NCBI RefSeq assembly: GCF_018350175.1
Contig: NC_058379.1
Coordinates: 94,116,001 to 94,180,000 of the forward strand
Source: Felis catus
Taxonomy: Eukaryota
Direction of reading: 5' to 3'
DNA: 64,000 nt
Below, piece after piece: positions 54,760 through 64,000 of this stretch. How positions within the stretch are numbered: position 1 is the stretch's first letter; every line of letters starts with the position of its first letter. The notes under the pieces are model-generated. The model saw only the letters and a list, made by a program, of their open reading frames with translations, was not told the DNA's origin and searched no databases. Both the position numbers and the translations under genes were made by a program.

Positions 54760-55571
54760 AAAAATCCATAATTCATGAAAGAGGCCAAAATATCAACATT
54801 AACAGGGGTTTGGAAGCCGTTGACTCCAGCTATCATGGATGACACTGAGAGGTCCAGGACTTCAGTGGAGGAAGTAACTGCAGATGTGGTGGAAATAGCA
54901 TTAGAACGAGAAGTAGAGCCTGCGGACGGGACTGCTGCCATCTCATGGTAAAACTTGAACCAGTGGAGAGTTGCTTCTTACAGATGAGCAAAGACGTTGG
55001 TTTTTCAAGATGGAATCTACTGCTGGTGAAGGTGCTGTGAAAATTGTTGAAATGACAACAAAGGATTTAGAATATGATGACATACCTTTAGTCGATANNN
55101 NNNNNNNNNNNNNNNNNNNNNNNNNNNNNNNNNNNNNNNNNNNNNNNNNNNNNNNNNNNNNNNNNNNNNNNNNNNNNNNNNNNNNNNNNNNNNNNNNNNN
55201 NNNNNNNNNNNNNNNNNNNNNNNNNNNAACTTCACTGCTGTCTCGTTTTAAGAAATTGTCGTGGTCGTCTCAGTCTTCAGCAACCACCACCCTGATCAGT
55301 CAGCAGCCGTCAACCCCGAGGCAAGACCCTCCACCGGCAAAAAGATGATGACTCACAGAAAGCTCAGTGATGGTTAACATTTTTTAGCAATAAGCTTTTC
55401 AAATTGAGGTATGAACTTTTTTTAGACATAATGCTCTTGCGTACTTAACAGGCTACAGTATAGTGTAAACATAATTTTTATAGGCACTGGGAAATAAAAA
55501 TCACTTGACTTGCTGTATTGCGATATTCACTTTATTGGAACCAGACTTGCAATATCTCCAAGGTGTGCTTG
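54760..55571 (+). mobile_element. Tigger1 3' part and terminal repeat (N gap 55098-55227)
   Basis: aaaatatcaacattaacagg...gaggaagtaactgcagatgtggtggaaatagc...ttgcaatatctccaaggtgtgcttg resembles the Tigger1 3' end. Confidence 0.88.
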
Positions 55572-56288
55572 GAGATCATTAAATTCCAAGTAGGGGATAC
55601 CTCTTGAGCAGCAGGGAGTGGTAATGGTAGTGGTACACTTAATTAAGCTTGGCGGCACTTAATGGGCTCATTTTATTATTAGTTTTATAACTTGCATGCG
55701 TTATAAATAATTAAATAACATAACTTAAATGTGTTATAAATTTAATTAAAAATTGAATCCAGTTTTATCAAATTCTTATTTTTTTAATACAGTAACTTCC
55801 AACTGAATACAGCAGGGATTCTGGCAATTTGGATTCTTGCTGGGCTGAATTTGATGGAGCACCCTGGGTAGGTTGGGCAGTAATACAACTTAAAATAATC
55901 TTTTGTGACTACTGGTAATACTCCCTTTTTGCAAGTCAGTGGTTAAGAGCTTTTTTATGCTCTTGAGGTAGAAATAGTGAAACTTGGGGCATCTGTGTGG
56001 CTTAGTCAGTGAAGCATTTGACTTCAGTTCAGGTCATGATCTCATGGTTCGTGAGTTTGAGCCCCGTGTCGGGCTCTGTGCTGACAGCTCAGAGCCTGGA
56101 GCCCGCTTCAAATTCTGTGTCTCCCTCTCTGCCCCTCCCACACACACACTCTGTCTCTCTCTGCCTCTCAAAACTAAAGAAAACTAATAAAAATAAAATA
56201 GTCATCTTAATAAAAATAAATAAAACCTTTAGTCCATTTTGCAGACAATAACATATATCTTTTACTTTCACAGTAAAAAATGGCCAAT

Positions 56289-56710
56289 TGTATTAGTTAT
56301 TGCTGCATACATAACAAATTTTCCTAAATTCCAGTGGCTGTAAACACAAACTCTATGACCTCCCAGGTTTTTGGGTCAGGAATCCAGGAGTAGCTTGTCC
56401 AGGTGGTTCTGCCCAGATCTTATGAAACTTTAATTGAGGGTTGGCCAGGGCTGTGGTCACCTCAGGGCTCGCCAGGCTGGTGTCAGGCCTCTTCAGATCA
56501 GCTCCCAAGCTCATTCATGTGGGCCTCTGCACAGGGAAGCCTCCGGCCTGGCCCTGGCTCCCCCCTGGAGAGGGAGGAAGAGAGCCCAAGCTGTGACCTC
56601 CCGTGGCTTCTGCCGTATTCTCTTCACTAGAAGCACCGGGGTTGGGGTCCCACAAAGGTGTGATTAACAGGAGGAGCACTTTGGAGGCCACCTGAGAGGC
56701 TGCCATCACA
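56289..56710 (-). mobile_element. MLT-type LTR fragment
   Basis: tgtattagttattgctgcatacataacaaa...gggtcaggaatccaggagtagc...gaggctgccatcaca. Confidence 0.65.
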
Positions 56711-57083
56711 GCTGAAGGGCAGAAATAAAGACTCAGGCAGAATAGGGAGGAAAGTGGGTGTGATGGAGACATTGGTAACTTCAGAGGGGTGGGTCTATTG
56801 TCCTTCAGGTTTTTTAGGGACTTGTCCAGGAAATAAAATGGATCCCAGTGTTGATGTAATTTAGAAAATCTAGAGTAACTGCAATATAATGATTTATGAG
56901 AAATACATATTTCATCCTTCAGAGGACCAAACTACTTCTCAGATATATTTGGTCTTCATCCATAGTTCCTGGGAACACTTCAGAGCCAGAAAGGTGACAA
57001 GGATGTCTTAATGAAGGAGACTTCTGGACCCCACTCAAGGGCGGGGCTATTGCCAGGACGACCAAGCAGGTGATCAGAGGGTT

Positions 57084-57354
57084 GGAACTTCCGGCACAAC
57101 CCCCCCACCCCTGCGGAGAGGGGAGGGGCTGGAGGCTGAATTGGCCAATGGGAACTTCCAGACCCACCCCTGACGCCTGCATAGAGGGGAGGGGCTGAAG
57201 GCTGAATCAACCAATGGAAACTTCCGGCCCCACCCCCGACCTCCTGGAGAGGGGAGGGGCTAGAGGCTGAATCGGCCAATGGCCAATGATTTAATAAATG
57301 GTGGGGATACAAAGAAGCCTCTATAAAAGCCTTTTCTGGAGACGGCCACACTTC
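57084..57354 (+). promoter_or_regulatory. Putative LTR promoter: three ~65-bp ETS/GC-box/CCAAT modules, TATAAAA (57322-57328), and an Inr-like CA at 57349-57350
   Basis: Motifs are read directly; promoter activity is inferred. Confidence 0.55.
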
Positions 57355-57400
57355 GGCACCCGAACTCTTCCGTGTGCCGGTGGGCCGGACCCCAGGCTCC

Positions 57401-57490
57401 ATGAGGACAGAAACTCGAGTTGGGCACCTCGCTCTGTGGATCTCTCCCATCTGCGTGTTGCTACACACTCTTTGTATCTTTAAGGAACCG
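57401..57490 (+). CDS. Putative LTR-derived upstream coding segment (30 codons), in frame with the dehydrogenase after splicing
   Basis: ATG at 57401, no stop, phase-0 donor CCG|GTAAGC at 57490/57491, and phase-0 acceptor at 57918/57919. There is no transcript evidence. Confidence 0.35.
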
Positions 57491-57921
57491 GTAAGCACAG
57501 GTCAGCCTTCCCCTGAGCTCTGTGAGGCTCTCGAACAAGTTAACAGAATCGAAGGATTCTGCAGAATCGGCTGCTGGTTGGTCACAGGCACAGGTACCTG
57601 GTACCTGTGACTAGAGTCTGAAGGTGGGGGCTGGGAGGGGGCATCTTATAGGACAGAGTCCCACGCTGGGGGGCGGGGGGGGGGGCATCTTATAGGACAG
57701 AGTCCTTAACCCGTAGGATGTGATGGTGTCTCTGGTAGATAGTGTCAGAATTGAATTGAATTCTGGGACACGCTGCTGGGATCCTGAGAACTGCTTGGAG
57801 TTGCGGGTGGGGGACTTGGAAATTGGTGCTCAGAACCTTAAAAGAGCAACAGAGGAGCATATTGATTGTCTCTTAAAGACTGTCTTTGACAGCAGAAATT
57901 GTGCTTCTCTTCCTGCAGGCC

Positions 57922-58303
57922 ATGGGGGATCAGGACTTACCTGGCGTTTTGGTGTCTGGATTGGAAGGACCTCATGGTATATGTGAGGATCACATTGGAG
58001 ATCTGCAGAAACACTTTACTCTCATTACTCTGCAAGAATTTTTGGAAAATAACACACGATTCGGTCCAAAGGTCCAAGCTGTATACATCTGGGGCGGAAA
58101 GCCAGCCGTTACCCAGGAGCTCCTGCAGAGTCTGCCCTCCTTGAAGATAATTGCCAGTGCAGGAGCAGGTCTAGATCACCTGGACCTGAAGCTCATTGCC
58201 AGCTGTGGTGTGAAGGTGGCCAACACACCACAGGCGGTTTCCAGTCCCACAGCAGACATGGGGATGGCCTTACTGCTGGCCGCAGCTCGCAGAGTCGTGG
58301 AAG
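57922..58303 (+). CDS. GRHPR/GhrB-like D-2-hydroxyacid dehydrogenase, coding exon 1
   Basis: Acceptor cttctcttcctgcag|gccATGG with strong Kozak context. MGDQDLPGVLV...LPSLKIIASAGAGLDHLDLKLIASCGVKVANTPQAVSSPTADMGMALLLAAARRVVE(G) contains the family motif GAGxDHxD...VxNTP. Donor AAG|GTACCC. Confidence 0.93.
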
Positions 58304-59158
58304 GTACCCAGTCCTTGGAGATGCTGGTTTTCCAAAGACAGCAGATGACAGATACTTAATGCAGATGATTACATAATGTTATCTTCAAACTACAGGTCTT
58401 TCCTGGGCCCTGATTTCTTCCAGGACTTTGTTGCACTTGAGAACTGGAGTCACTTTCAGTCGTTTGCAGCGTACTTAGTGCCTGAGCCCAGCTTCCCAGC
58501 ACATATCGGCCATTTTCTCCCCCACCAGATTCCTCTCATTCACAGGCAGTAAACGTGTGTGTGGAGTAATTTCAACAACGAAATTACTATAGAAATGCCC
58601 TTGGGGTGATTCTTTGGTCAGTCAGCATGCTACTCTTGGTTAAAGACCCACGAGTGAATAGGCAGAACCTGACCTCTCCACACAGGGGACATCTCTGGGA
58701 ATATCCCCAGGAAAGGCAGGGCAGCAGTTCAACACCCCTCAGTCCCCCAGTCCTCCTGATGGAGCTCTGAGCGAAGAGGAAGATGAAGCTTTGACGAAGA
58801 GGCTTGAGGAAAGAGGAGACAGGAATCAGGCTCTGGTTCGGATTCTGGTTGCGGGTTCACGCACATGCACACACACCAACATACCAACACCAGCAAGTTT
58901 TAACGAGAAATCCTGCCGTAATGTAAAAGAAGTTGGTATTTCAAAGCTTTGCACCAGGACGCTCTGGTTTTGTTATGAGGAAACTGTCTTTGTCCCTTTC
59001 CTTCACCCCTTGCAGAAACCCTTGTCTTCTGTCAAGAGCTGCATGAGGGCTGTGTCTGCCGCAGGCACCCTCTAACTCACTACTCTGCCCCAGTAAGGTT
59101 GTGGATTTCTGTGTCTGGTGACATCCGCTCTGACCACTCTGTCCCTTGTATATTTTAG

Positions 59159-59330
59159 GTCATAGGTTGGCTATTGCACCGGATACAGAGAACTTTTCTG
59201 CAAACTGGATGGGTCAAGAAGTTACAGGGGCCACTCTGGGAATCATCGGCATGGGCAGCATTGGCTATAAGATTGCTCAGAGGGCCAGAGCATTCGAAAT
59301 GAAGATTCTGTATCACAATAGGAAACGCAG
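59159..59330 (+). CDS. GRHPR/GhrB-like dehydrogenase, coding exon 2 (Rossmann GxGxxG)
   Basis: tattttag|(G)[56 protein letters not shown](R)|GTAAAC; phases match its neighbours. Confidence 0.95.
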
Positions 59331-60786
59331 GTAAACATTCGGAAAATGGACTTGAAATTAACTGAGCAGAACGTATACCATCACTGCCTTAAAATGGCTG
59401 GGATATAGGAGCCCTCTGTTTTTCATAAGACTCTCCTACTCTTTCTCTCCAAAAAATAGGACTGATTGTCAAGAAAAAGAAAAAGAAAAAAAAAAAGACT
59501 GATTGTCACAAAAATTGTGATATTTTTATGATTACCTAGGAATGTGGCTGTGACTTTTTTATTGAAAATTTTCACCAAAAAAGAGATTTTAACTCACAGC
59601 TTTGTTTTTTGTTTTTTTTTTAATTTCTAAAGTGTTTTTTTTTCAAGGAAGCTTTCCATACCCACTGAGCAATTTGGTTCCTTTGTGTGCACTTCCTCCC
59701 TTAGCCTGACACCCGGTCTTACTGATTCTGTCTCCAAACAGCCTTCAGACCTGCCTGTTCTCTCTCACCTCATCGATGCCACTGGGCTCAGGCCCCGTCC
59801 TTTCTCACCTGAAATACATATTCTCCTAACAGTCTGCTCACATCTGCTCTTGAACCTCCCACTCTCCTTGCAAACCAGCCAGATGATGGCCATTGTTTAC
59901 AACCTTTACTGGCTTCCCACTGCACATGGAACACATTTCCGGCTGGTGAGCAGTTTATGGATGTATGGGGAGCTGAGAGATTGTGCATTAGAACTGTGCC
60001 CATTTTTCAGTCACTGTTTGCACCATGGGCAGTGGAGGGACTTAGGTAGATGTGACGACTTTCCTTGTGATGAACACGCAGGCACAGAGGCCAGGGTTCT
60101 CCCAGGACAAGGTGTGTGGTGTGGGCAACGTATTCATCTTTCCTTTGGGCTGTCCCCTGACCCAAACATGTGTTTTGTATTCCATATATGTATTCCATAT
60201 TTGCATAGCAGTGGAGGTTACCCGGCATGCTGTGGCCTCCGGGTTCTTGGAATTTCTGTTGAATAATCAGTTGTTTGGGATGGCCAGAGCAGGAGTTAAA
60301 CAAATCCTGCCTGCATCGGACCCTTGGGTCTTTGCTTTGCGTTTCATAGGCAACGTTCCAAGGCCCTCTCCTGTTTTGTTTGTTTTCTAGAGACTGTGAT
60401 GTGTTTGCTGCACTCAGCAATGCTCTGTGGTCACAGAAGTACACACTCCTGCTCTTACTTGGGAGTGGGACCCACTTCCTGCCAGTAATGTCCTGTCATT
60501 GCTGAGCGCATGTCCGATGCACAGTCAGGCTCACACCTGTCTCTGGGGGCTCAAATGAGAAGAAGCTCCTGGCCGCAAGGAGCTTCAATGTGGGGTGCAA
60601 TTCTGCAGACCCAGAGGCCTCGCCTCAGAGGTCCCGAGGGGCCCCCAGTGTTTCCATGGTGGGGGAGGATCCTGGACCCAGCAGCAACAGGCCCAGTCTT
60701 TGGCTCCCCTCAGAAACTCCTTCCTGAGGTGCCGTGATGAATTCCTGACTGGAGAACATGGTGTTTCTTCCTTGTCCCCTTCATAG

Positions 60787-60965
60787 GAAATTAGAGGAGG
60801 AGGAGGCTGTTGGGGCAACTTACTGTGAGAGTCTGGATGACCTGCTTCAGCGATCGGACTTTGTGCTGTTGGCCGTGAGCCTGACGCCCCAGACCCAGAG
60901 GCTGATTGGGAAGAGGGAGCTGAATCTGATGAAGCCCACTGCCATTCTCGTCAACATCGGCAGAG
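60787..60965 (+). CDS. GRHPR/GhrB-like dehydrogenase, coding exon 3
   Basis: cccttcatag|KLEEEEAVGATYCESLDDLLQRSDFVLLAVSLTPQTQRLIGKRELNLMKPTAILVNIGR(G)|GTACTT; includes the catalytic Arg motif NxxRG. Confidence 0.95.
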
Positions 60966-61464
60966 GTACTTGCCTGCACCACGGTCTGTGCGGAGGCCCG
61001 AGGGGCTGCAAAGTCTGCAAAGTCGGCCCAGCTCGACTTTCTCCTGGACAGCTGTGGGTCCAGAGAGTCCGTGCGCACTGGCGGATGATGAGCTCAAGGG
61101 AGTTTCTATTTAGAAATATTTCTGATTTTTGTTTTCACATCATTTCGAGCCTCAAATTAGTAACAAAAAGGATGAGAATAGCACAGTACGGGGTTTTCAC
61201 ATCCCAATTAGGGCATCTACTTTGGGGCATCACAGTTTGGTCTTCTAGGTGTGATTAAGCAAAATTTATGGGGATACATTTTCTGAGCCTTCACTTAAAA
61301 AAAATTTCTTTTAAGTGTGAGAACGAGGCGGGGAGGGGCAGAGAGAGGGAGAGAGAAAACCCCAAGCAGGCTTTGCACTGTCAGCGTGAAGCCCAGTGTG
61401 GCCTGAGCCAAAACCAATAGTCAGATGCTTAACCAACTGAGTCACCCAGGTACCCCTTCACTTT

Positions 61465-61881
61465 TTGGTTTTAAGTTTATTTATTTTTAGAGAGAGCGAG
61501 AGCAAGAACACATAAGCAGGGGAGGGACAGGGAGAGAGAGAGAGGGAGAGAGAGAAACCCAAACGGCTCCACACTGTTAGCACAAGCACAGAGCCCGACT
61601 CGGGGCTGGAACTCAGGAACTGAGAAATCATGACCTGAGCTGAAATCAAGAGTTGGACGCTTCCGACTTCAGCCAGGTCACGATCTCGCGGTCCGTGAGT
61701 TCGAGCCCCGCGTCAGGCTCTGGGCTGATGGCTCGGAGCCTGGAGCCTGTTTCCGATTCTGTCTCCCTCTCTCTCTGCCCCTCCCCCGTTCATGCTCTGT
61801 CTCTCTCTGTCCCAAAAATAAATGAATTAAAAAAAAAAAAAAGAGTTGGACGCTTAACCAACTGATCCACCCAGGCGCCCC
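61465..61881. mobile_element. Minus-strand CAN-SINE carrying a 5'-truncated young plus-strand SINE (61663-61840)
   Basis: 15-bp TSD aagagttggacgctt at 61648-61662 and 61841-61855. Confidence 0.9.
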
Positions 61882-62151
61882 TCTGATACTTTACTTTAAA
61901 AAATAAATAACAGTGTTAGTTTGGTTATTTGGCATTTATGCAGTGCTTTGTGTTTACAGGCAAGAGGGAGTTGGCCCTGTGCTGATACCAAATATTGTGG
62001 GCTGGTGTGACATTTATAAAGAGTAGAGGATCAGTGCTGACATCAGACATCCAGGCCACTCACCTTTGTGGGGTGGGGGGCCAGAGTACATACGACTAAC
62101 AACAGCCACCCGTGTATCATCTGTAAAACAAGGAAAACAATGCTTGCCACA

Positions 62152-62884
62152 TGAGATAGTGTAATTTGTAAGAAATACATATTTGGTCATTCAGTTGTGG
62201 TTTTCATCCATAATTCCTGGCTCTTTCCTCACCAAATTGACTAAGTGTTGAGAGTGATAAAGGTGTCTTTCGTTAATGGAGACGGCTGGACCCCACTCAA
62301 GGGCGGGGCTGTTGCCAGGACGACCAACCATGTGATCAGAAGGTTGGCCCTTCCAGCCCCACCCCCGACCTCTGTGGAGAGGGGAGGGGCTGGAGGCTGA
62401 ATCAGCCAATGGCCAAAGATCTAATCAACTGTGGCTATACAAAGAAGCCTCGGTAAAAATGCCAAAGGACCGGGTTCACAAGCTTCTGGAGATTGGGAAG
62501 AGTGCTGTGCGGGGAGGGATGGAAGCCCCACAGCCTTTCCCCAGACCTGTCCCTATGATCTCTTCCTCTGGCGGTTGATTCTTAGCCTTTGTCACCTCCC
62601 TGAGCCACCAGGTGAGCGGCAGTGTTCCCCTGAGTTCTGTGAGCCGCGGCAGCAAATTGCCAGTTGGTCAGAAACACGAGTAACAAACAGCCTGGGACTT
62701 CCGACCGGTGTCCGAAGTCGGGGTGGGGGCATCTTACAGGACTGAGCCCTTACTGCGCAGGATCTGATGCTGCCTCCGGGTGGACAGTGTCAGAATTCGC
62801 AGGCACCCTGCAGGTGTCCCGAGAACTGCCTGAGCTTGTGTGGGGGGGACCCTCCCTACCCCAACTTTGGAACCGGGTCCAAGA
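62152..62884 (+). mobile_element. Second MER21-like solo LTR, in dehydrogenase intron 3
   Basis: Shares long blocks with 56880-57834 (ggaccccactcaagggcggggct.ttgccaggacgaccaa, ggagaggggaggggctggaggctgaat..ccaatggccaa). Confidence 0.8.
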
Positions 62885-63725
62885 ACTCTAAAACAATTGT
62901 TGAAAGACCAAAAACCCTCATGGGACCGAGATAATATGCTTCAGAGTTCTCTGAAAATTCAGGCCATCTAGGTGAGCAGGAAGGACCAGTGCGTATTAGG
63001 TACCTTCAGGAATGTCAGAGGCTGGCGAGCACACTACAGATTCTGGAGAAGCAAACGCCCCAGGAAAGCCTCTGGGACTGGGCTTCTCCCCCAGCAGCAC
63101 CAGCATACCAGGGCTGTGCCCCGACCAGCGGGCCGGCCGCTCCCAGCCCGTCAGCAGAAAGGAGGCAGTCTTTGGGCCCCTTGCAGGGCTCTGCTGGAAG
63201 GAAAGGGCTTTCTTCTCAGCTTCTACTCAAACATGTCCTGCTTTTCTGTATTTGAAATGACAGTTACAGGATCGTGCTTGTGGCTTAGTTTTTTCGTGTG
63301 CATATACAGCTATCTGGGGGCTGTGTCCTCAGCCTGAACTCCTAGGTGGTGCTGGGAGGTGGTGTAATAAAATGAGACGGGCCCGGCTTGAGGTCAAACA
63401 AACCTGGGCTCAGATCTGAGTCTATATGTTAGAAGCTGTGTGACTTTGGGTGTTTGTAACCTAAGGGCCTCAGTTTCCTCAAGTATAAAATGAATATTGA
63501 CTTCGCCAGGTTAGTGGAGGATTCGGTGAAGGCCTGAGTGCGCTTCCTAGTATGTGGTGGGCTCACAATGTCTGATGATGAACTGGCAGAATGACACTCA
63601 CGTGCTCTTTGTCAGACCTTTGACAAGATCAGGATGTGTTTGGAATAGCGGCTAATGTGACCAAAGCATCTATCCCATGTACTCTTAATGGTAGCGACTC
63701 CAGAGGAACTGTCTTGTTGACGCAG

Positions 63726-63822
63726 GTCTGTTAGTCGATCAGGACGCCCTGGTGCAGGCTCTTCAGACTGGGGTTATTAAAGGAGCAGCACTGGACGTGA
63801 CGCACCCGGAGCCCCTGCCCAG
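63726..63822 (+). CDS. GRHPR/GhrB-like dehydrogenase, coding exon 4 (not in the ORF track); the final exon(s) with the catalytic His lie beyond the window
   Basis: ttgttgacgcag|(G)LLVDQDALVQALQTGVIKGAALDVTHPEPLP(R)|GTAAGA; the DVxxxEP motif carries the catalytic Glu, and phase 1/phase 2 fit. Confidence 0.93.
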
Positions 63823-63851
63823 GTAAGAAAGCTGGACAGAATCTACATCCT

Positions 63852-63957
63852 CTGGTCCACGTAGGGCTGTCCTCAGTGGTCATTCCTCCTGGTCCATGCA
63901 GGGCAGTCCCCAACGGTCATTCCTCCTGGTCCACGTAGGGTGTCCTCAAATAGTCAC
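63852..63957. repeat. Three diverged copies of a 37-bp unit (ctggtccacgtagggctgtcctcagtggtcattcctc)
   Basis: Units start at 63852, 63889 and 63926. Confidence 0.85.
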
Positions 63958-64000
63958 TGCTTTGGGCTTTTTCAGATGTGTTGTCACAGACCTGTAGTCG

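Larger units (their letters stand above)
56880..57834 (+). mobile_element. MER21-like (ERVL) solo LTR ending about 85 bp upstream of the dehydrogenase coding exon
   Basis: It resembles the recalled MER21 consensus (agaaatacatattt...gagggttggaactt...ccaatggccaatgatttaat...ccctgagctctgtgag...agtgtcagaattgaattgaatt...ggtgctcaga) and aligns by eye with a second copy at 62152-62884. Confidence 0.8.

Noticed and set aside
58750-59075. Purine-rich, protein-looking frame (PPDGALSEEEDEALTKRLEERGDR...) in dehydrogenase intron 1
   Set aside because: The nearest acceptor gives an early stop in the phase required by exon 1, there is no convincing donor, and exons 1-2 already join into a complete fold.
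56880-62884. Two same-orientation LTRs as the ends of one provirus
   Set aside because: The 4.3 kb between them holds host dehydrogenase exons and no gag/pol-like sequence, so they are independent solo LTRs.

Overview
Carnivore (almost certainly felid, from young SINEC_Fc-type CAN-SINEs) genomic DNA with the gene order of human 18q23. It contains the first coding exon and promoter of SLC66A2/PQLC1 (-), the complete 4-exon HSBP1L1 (+) with an AT-AC U12-type minor intron, and the complete 3-exon TXNL4A/DIM1 (-). It ends with four intact coding exons of an uncharacterised GRHPR/GhrB-like D-2-hydroxyacid dehydrogenase (+) that runs off the window. The rest is mostly CAN-SINEs, L1, MLT1/MER21-like LTRs, a dismembered Tigger1, GC-rich VNTRs and N-gaps. 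The best candidate for an undescribed system is at 56.9-57.9 kb. There a MER21-like LTR just upstream of the dehydrogenase has a triplicated ETS/GC/CCAAT module, a TATA box and a strong splice donor. Its single upstream ATG would splice in frame onto the enzyme and add a 31-residue, partly hydrophobic leader. A second LTR of the same family inside the gene lacks these features. Repeat-family names come from recalled consensus sequences, not from a database search, and repeat boundaries are approximate.
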